Below, in pieces: positions 1-13,333 of a stretch of 64,000 nt of DNA. Position 1 is the stretch's first letter; the number at the start of each line of letters is the position of its first letter. The stretch is taken from positions 62,001 to 126,000 of the forward strand of contig NW_003314377.1 in assembly GCF_000143415.4 (NCBI RefSeq). Direction: 5' to 3'. Below the pieces are notes generated by a model. The model worked only from the letters and a program-made list of their open reading frames with translations, ran no database searches and had not been told where the DNA came from. Source of the stretch: Selaginella moellendorffii. Taxonomy: Eukaryota; Plantae; Lycopodiophyta. A program made the position numbers and the translations under genes.

Positions 1-1765
1 TCACATGCAACTCTACGCTAAAGTTGCTTTCTTCTAGGACCACCTTTCCCATGACTTTAGTATGGCACATTTTGCCATTAATGAGATACCCACTGTTCTC
101 ATACTTGGATTTTATGATCCTCTCCATCTTTCATAGGGTATAATACACCTCAGTCCAAATGTTTCCATCAGTTCTTTAGGATTATTCTTTAACTCTACTT
201 GAGTCATCCAACTTTTTAGACTTTGCTAATTCGATGACCCGTAAGGTCCTAGCCTTTTGGCTATTTTTGAGGTGCCAGTTCACTAGAATACATCTTCTTG
301 TATTCATGTCTTACTCATAAGGACTACCTTTGCAAATATTATTCTGACATTTGATTATTTTCTGTTCCCTGTGGGCTACCTTTGTCCCTTAGGACTATCC
401 ATCCATATGATGAGAATACCAACTCATCTTCTAAATACACCCCTAACTCCTTGGGTTTATTCTAGCATTTATAAAAAGTAGCTCTGGTTACCATTTCAAA
501 GACTTATATCCTCATTTGTATTTGACCTCCCACAGTCATTAATTCTAGTTTTAAATTCATGAGTATTAGCCTCAATTATATGAGGATAATCTTGTGACTC
601 TTTTATTATTTTGGAGTTTTTATCTTTCTTGTGATCTCAACTATAGTTGTTTACCACAACTATATTAACTAGTTTGCTAAGTCAAACACTCATCTAGATC
701 ACATCCTCAACTCTTTAAGAAAATATACTATTCCTAAGATCCCAAAGTCATTCCTTTATTGACCCTTTTCTATCCACCACATTATTAACATATTCATGTA
801 TAAACTAAAGTGGAGAGTCATGCCTTCTCAACATACTACTCCTAAAGGAAGACCCACTCATAAAACCTTCTAATGCCAATATCAAGTGGTGATATACTTG
901 AGCACTAATAAAAGTCGGACTAAGGAATAACTCTGATACCAAATTGTAAGTAACTAAATTTTCCATTTTATTTTAGTCATTTAGCCACACCTTCAACCAC
1001 TTAGAAAAGTCTCACTCACAACCTCTATATATCCTATTCCAGACTTAAGGACTTGCTAATCTCAAGAATGACATCTATGCCACTCAGCCTCCCCCCCCCG
1101 GAGGGATGATCACTTTGGATCCAATAGCATATATTAATATTTGGATTTGAACTCAGACTCAGTCTTGGACTTGGACTCGGTCTCGATCTTGGTCTTGGTT
1201 CCATCTCAAACTCCATCTTAAACTCCATCTCAAGTCCATCTTAAACTCCATTTTGAACTCCATTTTGGGTCCATCTTGGACTCTATCTCGGACTCCATCT
1301 TGGACTCCATCTTAGGTTCTATCTTGGACTCAATCTCTGACTCCATCTTGGACTCCATCTTGAACTCTATCTTGGGTCTATCTTGGACTTCATCTTAGAC
1401 TCCATTTTAAACTCCATCTCGGGTTCATCTCAGACTCCATCTTGGGTTCATCTCAGACTTTGTCTTGGGTCCATCTTAGATTCCATTTCGGACTCTGTCT
1501 CAAGTCTATCTCGAACTCCATCTCGGGTCCATCTCGACACTTCTACGTATCATGTGTTGGTCCTTTTGTGTCTTTTTTTTAGAGACTCATTTATTGCTTG
1601 CTTCATGCTCGTTCCTTGAGCACTTCTTTGAGAGTTCCACTCCCACTCTCAACTTTTTAAATTGGAGTTTTTAGGCCAAATATGTTACACTTGTTTGGCT
1701 TCCGTCGGCCACTATCACGTGCCCTTTTGGTTACACTTTTGAAGTTCTAGGATTTGTGTCTCACA
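1..1765 (-). mobile_element. 5' end of an old Ty3/Gypsy LTR retrotransposon: LTR 945-1765, PBS 931-941, degenerate internal region running off the window
   Basis: ctctgatacca (reverse complement of the tRNA-Met PBS tggtatcagag) lies 3 bp from a segment bounded by TGT(945)...ACA(1765). That segment has GACTCC-type hexamer repeats and resembles the LTR at 15811-16999. There is no long ORF. Confidence 0.75.
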
Positions 1766-2504
1766 ATAGATAGTTACCTCTTGCTACAAGGATGGTCTAG
1801 AATAAGATAGCTTCTAGGAGTTACAAGTTTGTATATGAGCTCTTGAAAGTTATGTATTATGCTTTATAGTATGCTGGTTTCTTGTTGTAGTTTTTTGACT
1901 AGACAAGTGGCATGTGATGTGCTTTATGTATGCATATTGTGTTGGTTGAGCTTTGTAATTGATTAAAATATAAATTTTGTGATAAGATCTAAGAAATTAT
2001 TAAAAAACAAATGTGAACAACTTGTTCTTCTCAAAAAGTTCACTTCCTCCTCCAAATTTTCTTCACAATGGATTAACCCCTACTTCATCTAATGCTAAGT
2101 GGAGGGTGGTTCCTATGTGCTCCTGGCAAAACATCAACTCATTTTGTCCCTTCTAGACATAAGTATGTGTAGAGGTGGATTGCTTGCTTACCACACTCAT
2201 GCAACATGTAGACACTGATCATTGTGTTTCATCCCGCTCAATCAAATGCATCTCCAGATTTACTTGCCCTAGGAGAGAATCTCCCAGCACAGTGCAAACA
2301 CCCATGGCCTTCAGAAGAGTGATCTCATTGCCCTCCATGCCTCCAAGGGTGCTAACTCTTACTCCAAGTACGTTTCTCAGTGGTCGGGTAAAATCGAACC
2401 CTACTTTCTTTTGTCGATCTTCCAGCTCGTAAGTCCTCAAATCCCGAAACAATGATGAAAGAATCGCTTGGAACAGGTCTGGAAGTTTCGAATCAAAGAA
2501 ATGG

Positions 2505-3618
2505 CAAGGGCGATGGAACAACGAGCGCTGGGGCGTGGGCGATCCGATCACGCAGCTCGCCGCCAAGCCAGTGGGAGTGGAGCTCACGGCATTTCCAGAG
2601 GCAGAGGTGGATTCGACGTGGGGAAACCTCACGCACGCTCTCTCGGTCCTCTTTTGCGCATCGATCAACTTCCTCGAATTGCCAACTACGTTCTTGGGGC
2701 CGTGGTTCTCGTCGAGGCCCGAGGCAAACCGGACAGGAGGAGGAGGAGCTTTTGACGCTCCTGGCATGAAGAGGGTGGTGAAAGGAAAGAAATGGAGCAA
2801 GAGCTTGATGACGAGGTATGGAGCACTCCCAAGAGAAGCACTCTGTAGAACGCCACGGCTCACGCCATGGCTCACGCTTCTCCCATGTAGAGACAAGGCT
2901 GGGCTCACGACGCTCCTGGACAGGCAGACGATTTACAGTGGTATGTACCATTCCCAGAGGCTGCTTATCACTTCTGGTGACTTCGATCGGGACGAAGAAG
3001 GCACGACATTGGAGCAGGTTGTTTTCCGAAAGCTGCAAGACTGGACACTCTCCAGCATGTTTGGCTCAAAGCTGGTAGGCAAGTGCCCGCTTGCAACTAC
3101 AAGTAGTGTCTATCTGGAGCTGGAGAAGAGCTTGGCGAAGCACTTGGCTGGAGATCTCAGCGAAGAAACAGGCATCAACTTCGCGGACAGTCGTGTTTTC
3201 AGTCTCAGCCCTGCTCCAAGTCGGGTGCTCGCGTCCTCTTCACGCTCTCTTTTTCTGGCACACACAGCGAGCTTGATCTCGGCATCACTTGGACAGCCCC
3301 GGTGGATTGGTCTCCGGCTCGGGCTCAGTTCTACACAAGCTGGTCCTTGGCTGGCAGCGGGAATGCAAGGGGATCCATCGTCATTTCGTTTCGGGCAAAT
3401 GATGGTTCTTCCCGGGACTGTTACTCTCCAGGCATCGAGGCAGCCGAGGATGATACCGAGGTATGTTCGTTTGTATGGCCACACGCTACAGGTTTCATCG
3501 GATTGCTGAAACGTGGAGTTTTGGGGCTGATGAGATTCACACCAGCAGAAGATCGCAAAGCTCCTGCGGCTGTGGAGATTGCTCTGCGAGTTTCTATTGC
3601 AACCCAGGCCATAACTCT
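2505..3618 (+). pseudogene. PIGT: PIG-T/Gpi16 GPI-transamidase subunit fragment, copy 1 (N- and C-terminally truncated, frameshifted)
   Basis: Translation gives QGRWNNERWG...KPVGVEL...WGNLTHALSVLFCASINFLE...RYGALPREALC...LTPWLTLLPCRDKAGL...YHSQRL...DWTLSSMFG...GKCPLATTSSVY, then after a frameshift GSGNARGSI and FTPAEDRKAPAAVEI. These are characteristic plant PIG-T motifs. Confidence 0.88.
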
Positions 3619-3948
3619 TGACGATCCATTACCACGATGATCGATTCACAACCCAAGAGGGGGCTTTGCCAAGGACGAAACGCCGAGCAGCACGAATGCG
3701 GGGGATAATCTCGTCTGGTGGGCGATCTAACAAAAACGCCATGGATTTCGCAAAGACCCCTGTCATATGGTTCAAGTACATGGTATGATTTTTTTATTAC
3801 GGGAACCCGGTTGCTGAGATGATGGCTATCAGGTAAGTGTAGAGGTAAACCGTTGTAGAAGACCCGGGTTCGATGCCGAAGGGTCCACTCAACAAGGACT
3901 TTTATGCAAAAAATTTTCTAAATAAGGAGCCATTATTCTGGTTCGCCA
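2874..3948 (+). repeat. Near-identical direct repeat of 19249-20323
   Basis: The sequences align from acgcttctccca to ggttcgcca with only a few substitutions, and the ORF translations are almost identical in both copies. Confidence 0.95.
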
Positions 3949-5539
3949 GCTCACAAGAACAGCTTAGACCAGTCATTTAGGACATCGGTCTCCCAAAACA
4001 AACGTTTCGGGTTCGATTCTCTTCCCGATATTTGTAAATACTTGCAAGCCAAATACTGAATCATCGTCGATCATCAATGCGGATGCTCTGGCATTGCGAC
4101 GCTGGAGCACCTCAGCCTTGCGCAGATTGACGTGGGCAAGCTGGAGACTGCGGCAGCTGTGATAGTCCATTTCCTGGCCTGTCGGCGCAGCGGCGGCTCC
4201 AGCCTCTCTTGTCTCGTCTGATTCCATTGACAAGACATGATCGATCGCAGGCGCTCCTCCTGTCGCTCCTCCTCCTCCTCCTCGCAGTCTAGCTTTCTCG
4301 ACGCTGACCTTGTGTTTGGCGCCTTGGCGGCGGGATACGTTTTCAGGGACCAAGGTTGAGAGGTATGAACTTCCAGAGAAGTAGACTTTGTAAGCTTTCG
4401 GTGTGATCTTTCCAGGTTCAGGGCTGTGCTTGGAGCATCGACGCCACACATTCACCATCCATTCCTGTCACGAACAGGCAATTCCATCCTCAGGCAGCTC
4501 AAGTGGACGAAGTTCTCCATGTGCCTGGTGGGTTTGGGGGAATCAAACAAGCCCGCTTTTTCTCGGAGAGACTGCCGTCCTGCCCGAGCTTGATACTCCT
4601 CCCGATTTTAGCACCCAAAAATCACCCCGATTCTTGAGACGCATCAAGGATATTTACTAGCCAGACTTCCATGGTGTCTACATGAAAGGTTTATGCGAAG
4701 GAGGACGCACCCTCACTGTCAGCTTTAACACTTTCTCAGCAAGAGCGTGGTCGAGGCTTTTGACAAGCGCCAAAGGGGTGATTACAGTTCCCTAGGATCA
4801 CCCCCGCATTGATCTGCCACAGGAGAACTAAATCTCTCGTGCCTCTTGATTATTGCTAGTGAGAGCAGCAGGAGCTTGATGGTGCAGAACTACCACTTTC
4901 TGTTCTATCTGGAAGCGTCCCAGTTGTCACCGCACCAAATGCCACGAACTTTCAAGTGCTATCTAGGGCATAAAATGAGTAACTATCACAAATATTCTTT
5001 TGCATAGCTCGAACCAAGGCACCACTGGACTACTGATCTTTCATAACATTATTAAGAAAGGAAGGCTTTAATGTGAAAAAAGCCTGATCTTGTCCATAAC
5101 CAATAAGAGGTGGGAGAGAGGATCAGCAAGCAATCCCAAAGTGTATGCGACATTTCTATTTCCATACTTTTTATGCTAGAAGCAGTGCATCTTAGATTTT
5201 GACAAGGAGAGGCACTAAAATAGCATTAACTTTGTAAATAGGTACTGTGCATCACCTTGACCACATCAAAATAAAAAGTAATACTGTGTTGATCTCCAGA
5301 AAATTGAAGACTAGTATCAGTAAGGCTTTTCATAGATAACAAATTTTCTTGCATTTCTGAGACATGCGTATAGTGCCATTTGTTAAGCTCAATGCGAATA
5401 AAACCAACACCTTTAGCCTCATAGAATTTTGCATTGGTGACTCCACAATGGGTACTGGTGTAGGCAAGCTTACCAATTAAACAAAATTTACTCAATTTCT
5501 TGGCATGCAAAATTGTTGAATACATTGTCTTATTGAAGG
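3949..5539 (-). repeat. Inverted copy of 23917-25479
   Basis: ORFs 3973-4458(-)/24980-25465(+) and 5226-5525(-)/23931-24224(+) match. The ends gctcacaagaacag and ccttcaata align as reverse complements. Confidence 0.93.
5226..5525 (-). pseudogene. Probable Ty1/Copia protease-region fragment (second copy 23931-24224 +)
   Basis: AKGVG(F/S)I...THV(S/P)E(M/I)QEN(L/F)LSM..LTD resembles the Copia GxGxV...HVPxLxxNLLSVxxLxD region. Confidence 0.5.
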
Positions 5540-5860
5540 GTGATCTAGGAAATATATATACTTATAGATAGTGTACATCTTAATCAAGTATATGTTGTTA
5601 GTTCTAGTATTTGTGAATTTGAGATTTTATGGCTTAATTCAATTGCTACTTTTTAGATCATTCCATTTAAGGAGGTTTATTTATCCTATGCAAAGATTCC
5701 TCCTATTTGGAAAGTAAACATTGTACCTTCAAAATGTTGAAAGTGTGTGATCTTGATATTGCACCAATTGTGGATATACTACTTGGTTTCCATCCCCTTC
5801 CATTTGGAATCTATGCTGTTGACAAGAGGTGGTAGCTCGAAGAAAATGTTGTTGTAGAAG

Positions 5861-8800
5861 TGTCGCAAATGTGACTTCGGGTATCGAAAGTTACCTGTCA
5901 ACCAGTCCTTACGGACACTCTTACCTTACTGCCACGACGGCAAGAGGTCAGTATTGCTGAACCCTTTATTAATCCTTTTTGTACTAGTGGAGTTAACTGG
6001 GCATTTCGAATGTACTTAGACCGGACGAGCATAATCCTACGTGTTATTAGCTAAGCATACTTAGCCCGGTAAGGAGTTCCCGTCTCGTTATGTCTTGCAC
6101 AGGCTAGTGACAAGAACCCTCGCGTATTGAGATTGGTCCCTCAATATCGCTAGATGATAGCTTACCGTGTCTGCCAAACACCCTCGCTATCATGCCCTTT
6201 GTGTTAGTCTCATTTCGGTCTCAAATGCTATTTATGGAAAGTGTTTAGATTCGCTCATTTGGCATATGGGGGGGGGGGGGGGGGGGGGGGGTTATTGGGG
6301 GTTCCCAAAATTTATTAGGGATAGTGAGTAGGGCGGGCATGGCCCAACAACCTGAGGGAAAAGCTAACTCCCCCTTGGATGCCTGTCCTTGTTTTGCGGC
6401 CGGGTTGGGTCTAAACCCCAGTTCCATACCATGGTAGGTGGGGGGGTTACCCCTCTCCCCCCATTAGGCCCCCCGTATGCCGAAAAAACCCCCAAACCCC
6501 TTTGGCTCCCTTTTGCGGGCTGGCCCCGGGAAAGGGAAGCCGGTTACCCTAGGATTGTTCCAAGGCGCTCCGGGCTCCTGTTCCCCCCCCCTTGGGCTTT
6601 ANNNNNNNNNNNNNNNNNNNNNNNNNNNNNNNNNNNNNNNNNNNNNNNNNNNNNNNNNNNNNNNNNNNNNNNNNNNNNNNNNNNNNNNNNNNNNNNNNNN
6701 NATGGTAAATCACCATAGGATAAAGGGTCAAAACCACGTGCGCTATATTTGGTATCAGAGGTAGAGTCTCGGCGAGAACTATTCAATGAGATTGGGCAAC
6801 TAGTCTCATTGCATACGCAGAGATGAAAACGATGATCCGAGTGGGTACACGTTTTGGTGCAAGACTTCGCATTGGTTCCTTGGGATAGGTTTTGGTTACC
6901 TTTTTGTTCCATATTATGTGAGCTTGCTCTTGGGCTCATAGGGTAGATTGACTTTACACGAGTTTGCGCTTGGGCTCGTGAGTGAGGCACATTAGCAATT
7001 CAAGGTTACACTTTGAGTTGGCAGGATTAATGTTAACCTATCGATGGTTCCATGAGTTGTTCTATGTACCATGAGTGAAGAAGAGTGTTAGTGCAAAGGT
7101 GGATATCCGAAGATGTGGTTTTTGTGATCAAGCCTTGGATGTTCATTTTGCATTTTTGCGAATGTCGGTGTTGGATGTCGGAAAAATGGGCAAAGATGTT
7201 CGATGCTTAAGCATATTATGGGTCGTGAAAATTTGTGTTGAGGTGAACCTATGTGAAGTTGTTAGTAGGAGGAAGTTGGTTGAGTCTTGAAAGTTTGCAA
7301 TCCTGGACTGAGAGTCATTCTTTCTCTATGATGGAAATTTTTCCACAAATTTTCTTAGACTTCCCCAATGGCTGATCTGTTGATCACTTTGCCGAAAACC
7401 ATTCCATTTTCGTAAGCTAGTACAAACTAGTGAAGGGGTTGGAGTTAACCTTGGTTAGCTTAGACCTTTGTATATAGTTTGTATGATGCGACCCGAAAGG
7501 GATGCTAACTTTTGGGGCTAAGGCAATTGAGTTGGATAGAGTCTAGAGTTAGTGTAGAAAAGTGGCTAATGCGCTTTTCTAAGAAGGGTGACCCTTGTGC
7601 CCTTCTTTTATAGTGTTTTGCTTGGTAGCAGGTTGCACCTTGCATTTCGCTAAGACTCTATGAGAGTAGTGAGCTCTCACTAATCTTGACTTAGTCTTAG
7701 TAGCCTTGCACCTTGGCTGAGGATGGGGATGTCCAACTTAGTTGTTTGAGTTGAGGTGTTGGTACCCATACTATAGCTTTGTCTATGAGGAGGTTGTGTA
7801 CCGACATGAGTCCATCTTATGATCTTCACTTTTGTTTCGATTGAGTGTTGATCATGCGTAGCTAGTCTCTTGCTTAGAGTTAGTGGCTAAATGTTTTGGT
7901 GAGCTTATCGTGGTTGAGTTAGATTCGAGTGGTCATTTAGTTTGTGCTTGTCTATGAACTTTTATCTCGTACCTGGGGTATCACATTCATGTTGGACAAG
8001 TATATAACTTAATGATAAGAGTTGGTGTTTGGGTCTTGTGAAGGCAAGTTGAAGGGTGATTGTTAGTTGCTTTGTGACTAATGATTACTTGTAGACTTTG
8101 TCAAAAGACTGTTGATACTTTCTTCGCTCGATGATGATTTAGCAGTGATGGGCTTGCTTTACCAGATGATGTTGCGGAGGATCGTGTCGTTAGACTTACA
8201 TGGTTTTCTTCATGTTGACATATCGACTCTACCTCTGTCGATATCATTTTGTTACATCTAGTCCATAGTGTTGGATTTTATTGAGTCTTGGACGTGGTGA
8301 ATCACTCCATGATGATCTGTTCTCTGTTACTGAGTATTGTTGGAGGATTGGTCTCGGATACTAAGTAAAGTATCTTTGACCTTGGTTAGCTTAGTTGCTA
8401 GGAAGTTTTGAGTGGTGATTCACTTATGCTTTCTTCTAGCTTTGTTATGGTGTTGATGGCATTGAAGTGATGCCTTGTCATTGACATAGTTGATATTGAG
8501 ATTCAAGTGAAATGAAATGTCTCTCCGTAGGATTGATATTGAGTTTCATTAGTCTTGATGAAGATAGTGTTGATGATTTGGCTATAGCTTTGTGTTGTTG
8601 GCATTCGGGCATTTGCTAGTTAACAACTGTGTTGACGTTCAAACGAACTGAGTGGCAAGTTGAGTTAGTTGTGTTCTAGACGAGATTATTTAGTAGAGGG
8701 TTAAGCTTTAGCTTTTCCTTGAAAAGTGATTTAGTCGTGGACTATGCTAACTCTACGAGAGGAAGAGTTAGTGATTGATATTAGAATATTGAGTCCTTGC

Positions 8801-11661
8801 TAGATTTGAGTTTGGGATATAGTGATCATTAATGATTCTTTTTGGGCTTGTTATGAAGTGAGTTATGTCTTGCTATAGATGGATTCATGGACGATCGTTT
8901 GATGATCACTTGTTGAGCATAGCTTTGTTATGCTTAACTTTTGGATTGATGCAGACATGCTCTTCATTAGATTTGGCATTATGAAGTTTGGCTTATAGAT
9001 GTGTTGAGGAAGATATTATGAGTTGCATCACGATTTCTTCTTTCGCATTGAAGTTGGCTTCAAGTGATCATTATTAGGCAAGACTTGGCTATAGGCTTCT
9101 TCGAGCTTTAGTTCCTTGAGTTTTGTACTCATTGTTCCATTTGTTAGAAGTTGTTGGGGAAGGCATTTTGGCTTGTTAGCTTCGATGTTGTTAATATTTG
9201 CATCTAGCAATCATTGGTGATGATTGACTATCATCTAGGAAAGTTGATTATCCTTGTCGAAGGTTTTGCTTGATTATCGTTGATCTAAAATGATTTGCCA
9301 TTCTTTGGGATGGTGGATTCTTTCTTGGATGACAATTATGCATTTCTCTATTGATGAGATGATTGATGATCTTTCATGATGGTTAGTTGTTCTCTTTGAT
9401 GGCTTATAGCTTTTCGCAATACCATATGTTCTTTGTGGTTTGCCTTGGATTGGTCTTTTGGGTTTGAGATATCGATAGGACGTTGCTGACACTTACTTAA
9501 GCAACTATGGTTCCTTGGTATTATTGATCGGGATCTATTCAGATTAACTTATGCGATGGTTGGCATGACTGAGTGTTTGTTAGTCTTACCGCATTCATTC
9601 TGTTCTGTTAATTGTTGCTCAAGTTAGTTCTGGTAGGTTAGGATGTTATTTCCTTCGGGTTATACATTCGCGAGCATTGTGCTTATCAGTCAATAATGTT
9701 TTATGTTCTTTGAGTTATCTTTTGTAAGTTGTTTAGCATACTGTCTACAATCTTCAGTAGTTAAGTTTTCTCATTGAGTTTACTTGATGATATACTTGCT
9801 ATTGAATTTTGTTGGATGATGAATCCTATGTTTTCCAAAGATAGTGATCTTGGTGGTTCCTATCCTATCATACTAGTTTATCGAATGATAACTTACTTGG
9901 AATACTTTTGTGTTCTAATTTAAGATTTATTCATTGATACTTACAACTCTAAGATATCATTGTCTATAACTTTGATATAGTCCCTATATTGATCTTTGAA
10001 GTTTGGGCCAGTATAGGCAGACTGGCTTCAGCACTTCGTGTGCATGTTGAAATCTTTAGTCATAGGGTAGCTACTGTCGATTGGTCACATAACTCGCCTC
10101 TCTGTTGATGTTCCTTATTCCGTTGAAAGGGCGTGACCGTGTAAACAACTCTAACTGCCTGTTTACAGTAGTCTATCTAAACCTTACTGATGGGTTTGGT
10201 TTCTTTGCTCAAGAGGGTTGGGGCCTCTAGCTTCTCTCTCTATGTCCCTGCGAGCAGGGCGTATCACACTTTTGTAGCTGGGTGACACCCAGAGCAGCAA
10301 GGATGGCTAACTCTATTGGTCATTTCCTTGTTGGCGATGGCCAAAAGGTGTCGAAGTTGGTAGCGCATCCGCGTTAGACAAAGAGGTTGCCCCCCTACTC
10401 ATTTAAGTTGGTGCATTTCTCATATAGTGTGAGTACCGTGAATTTTTTCTGGAGTTGTTTCCTTGGCGGTATTCTAGACTTGAGTATGCATTGACGAGGA
10501 CGTCGATCTTCCCTAGGGGGGGGAGAGTGTGGCGAATGTGACTTTGGGTATCGAAAGTTACCTGTCGACCAGTCCTTACGGACAATCTTACCTTACTGCC
10601 ATGACAGCATGAGATCGGTATTGTTGGACCCTTTATTAGTCCCTCTTGTGCTAGTGGAGTTAACTGGGCATTTCGAGTGTACTTAGACCAGACGAGCATA
10701 AGGACAGAATTCCTACATGTTATTAGCTAAACATACTTAGCCCGGTAAGGAGTTCCTGTCTCGTTATGTCTTGCACTGGCTAGTGACAAGAACCCTCGCG
10801 TATTAAGATTGGTCCCTCAATATCGCTGGATGATAGCTTACCATGTCTGCCAAACACCCTCGCTATCATGCCCTTTGTGTTAGTCTCATTTCGGTCTCAA
10901 ATGCTATTTATGGAAAGTGTTTAGATTCGTTCATTTGGCATATCTACGGAATGTAGAGATCAGCCCGAACACAATGGTGTTCGTCCCGTGTCCAAATTCA
11001 CAATCTAGGGACATTCCATATTTAGTAAGTTTCAAGCTTGTCCCAAAGACTAACTCCTGATACTAAAGGAGGCTTGGGGTGAAAGCCCAAAGCGTGTGTT
11101 CCTCAAGGGGGGGGGGCGGTTCCAAATATATAGTAGGGATAGTGAGTAGGTCGGGCATGGCCGACCAACTTGAGGCATAGTCTAGCTCCCATTTGCATGC
11201 CTATCCTTGTTTTGCGTCCGGCTTGGGTTTAAGCCCAAGTTCCATACCATGCTAGTTGGTGGGGTACCCATATCCTCGCATTAGGCCACTGGGATGCCGA
11301 AATAGCGCCAGACTCTATTTGGCTCCATTTTGCATGCTGGTCCTGGCAATGGGATGTTGGTTACTCTAGGACTGTTCCAAGTCGCTCCGGGCTTCTGTTC
11401 CTCGCTCCTTGGGCTTTATGCTCGGGAGTTGCTCCGTGGTTTAGTTCCATCACTTGTTGGCTCCATGCTTGGGAGTTTGGCATAGTTCTTTCGTTCAGTG
11501 GCCCAAGGCCCTGAACCTCGAATTCCTATGGACACGTGGCATAGACATGTGGCATGTGACATGTGGCATGTATCACGTGGCATAAAGAGGGTTTAGGTTC
11601 CGCTTCGTGGTGTTATCCTATGGTAAATCACCATAGGATAAAGGGTCAAAACCACGTGCGC
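5861..11661 (+). mobile_element. Non-autonomous (LARD-like) LTR element, family A: 5' LTR 5861-6747 (contains a gap), PBS 6750-6760, non-coding internal region, PPT ~10515-10527, 3' LTR 10528-11661
   Basis: Two similar LTRs start tgt(c/g)gc(a/g)aatgtgact and end near aaccacgtgcgc. tggtatcagag follows the first and a purine run ending gggagag precedes the second. There are no long ORFs inside and no TSD was recognised. Confidence 0.8.
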
Positions 11662-12954
11662 AAGCCTATACAAAAACATGTGCACGTCAAGTGAATTCGG
11701 CGCTGACACTAGCATGACTTCTCCACTTGAAATAAAAGAGGACAAGAGGATAATGACTAACTCTTGCTTCACATTCACTTTCGCTAGAGCACATTTGGGC
11801 ACTTTGATTGGAGATCCAAAAACTCAAATCTCTTTCGACTTGGAATTCTGTAAATTCTATTGTTATCCACCCTCACTCACATTAGAAAGAAGAAACTCTA
11901 AGTATGCAACTATATCAGTGCTATTGCAAATCACAGCCTTTAAAGAAATAGAGCCAATATGAAGATCAAAATGTTGACACTTTTAGAAATAATATTCTGA
12001 GAGAATGAAAGAGGTGGGTGATCTCGAAAATGAAGAAGAAACCTCTCCATTGTTCTTAATAAATTTTGGAGTTTTCTCTCTTTATACTACTTGTAAAAAT
12101 CTATAGTGAAACACAATTGAAATTTAAATAAAGCAATAAAAAAAATATCGACAACGTACAAAATGAATTTAAATTCTATAGCAAATTTAATATATGCAAG
12201 TGTGATAATATTAATATTACTGTTATCTATTATGATATCTGATGCATGTTATACACATAGATCCAAGGAAGGAATTTCAGCATGTGAAGTTTGATAGTTA
12301 ATAATGATACCAGTAATGATATTTTGCTATAGCATGTCAAACCAAGAGATCTAATTTGACTGTCAGTACACATGATATGTCAAGTTGTCAAATTTTAAGT
12401 GGTAGATGATAATAAATCTTGTTAAATCTTATTCTTCAATGACATATTTGATTCGTAGTACAACTCAAGTTTTATCCATAATTGTAAACACTGCTTAATG
12501 ACATTTAAAGCACATGCCTATTGTTTAGGATCTAATATAACACAAAATAAATTTCTGGATGAGGATTCATCCATTCATAGATGGATATAGTACAACATAT
12601 TTTAATGTGCCCTATTTATACTCTTTAAAGTTCTTGTAACGATTCCAAAATATGTATAAAATATTGATGAGAATGCATCCTTTGTAGATAATTTGTAAAA
12701 AAATACCATATCTCTAATAACAGAACTGTTGATAGATGCTAGTTATATCATTATTAAAATATACAATATAAAGAAGCATAATTCACATATAATAATAATG
12801 ATAAGATAAAATAAGATTGAAGATATTGTGATGGTTGAGATTTAGGCTATTTGGAATGAACGGCCGGGATGAAAGATTGGTTAGGGTTAGGGCAGCTATC
12901 ATGATTAGGGTTAGGGTAGCCGCCAAGATTAGGTTATTGTTCGCACCGCAAGTG

Positions 12955-13170
12955 GAGCACACAAGAGATTGAGGGATTAAGCATAAAGGAGATTGAGGGA
13001 TTGAGTGGGAAGGAGATCAAGGGATTGAGCGTGCAATAGATCGAGCGATTGAGCACACAAGAGATCGAGAGATTGAGCGTGAAGCGCATGAATGCAAGAG
13101 ATTAAGCGCACGAGTGCGAAAGATTGAGTGCGCGAGTGGGAGAGATTAAGTGCGAGAGAGTGCAAGAGAT
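12955..13170. repeat. Degenerate ~24-bp tandem repeat (aagagattgagggattgagcgtgc-like), preceded by GGTTAG telobox-like repeats at ~12879-12917; contains the empty target site of the Sola-like element
   Basis: The periodicity is visible directly (translation AQSLDLLH repeats). The mirror copy is split at 36249/48145. Confidence 0.8.
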
Positions 13171-13333
13171 GGAGCGCACTAGTATGAACACGAGTTGAGA
13201 TTGAGAGTGAGAGTGTGAGAAATCCAGCATGATCGAGATATCAAGAAAGAAAGATGCCACCAAGGGTGAGTTTTGATTTGATTTCTTTCACTTCCATTTC
13301 TTTATTCTTGCTTCTTTCTTGATTGTTTCTTTA

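Noticed and set aside
3800-3890. tRNA gene or SINE (gacccgggttcgatgcc B-box-like; also ~20175-20265)
   Set aside because: I could not build a cloverleaf or find a convincing A-box, tail or TSD.
6265-6701. Apparent divergence and poly-G run in the family A 5' LTR
   Set aside because: The sequence adjoins an N gap and looks like low-quality read-end sequence.
11530-11585. tggcatgtg repeats in the family A LTR as copies of the 24-bp palindrome
   Set aside because: These are short direct repeats (cacgtggca/catgtggca) without the second arm or the 24-bp dyad.
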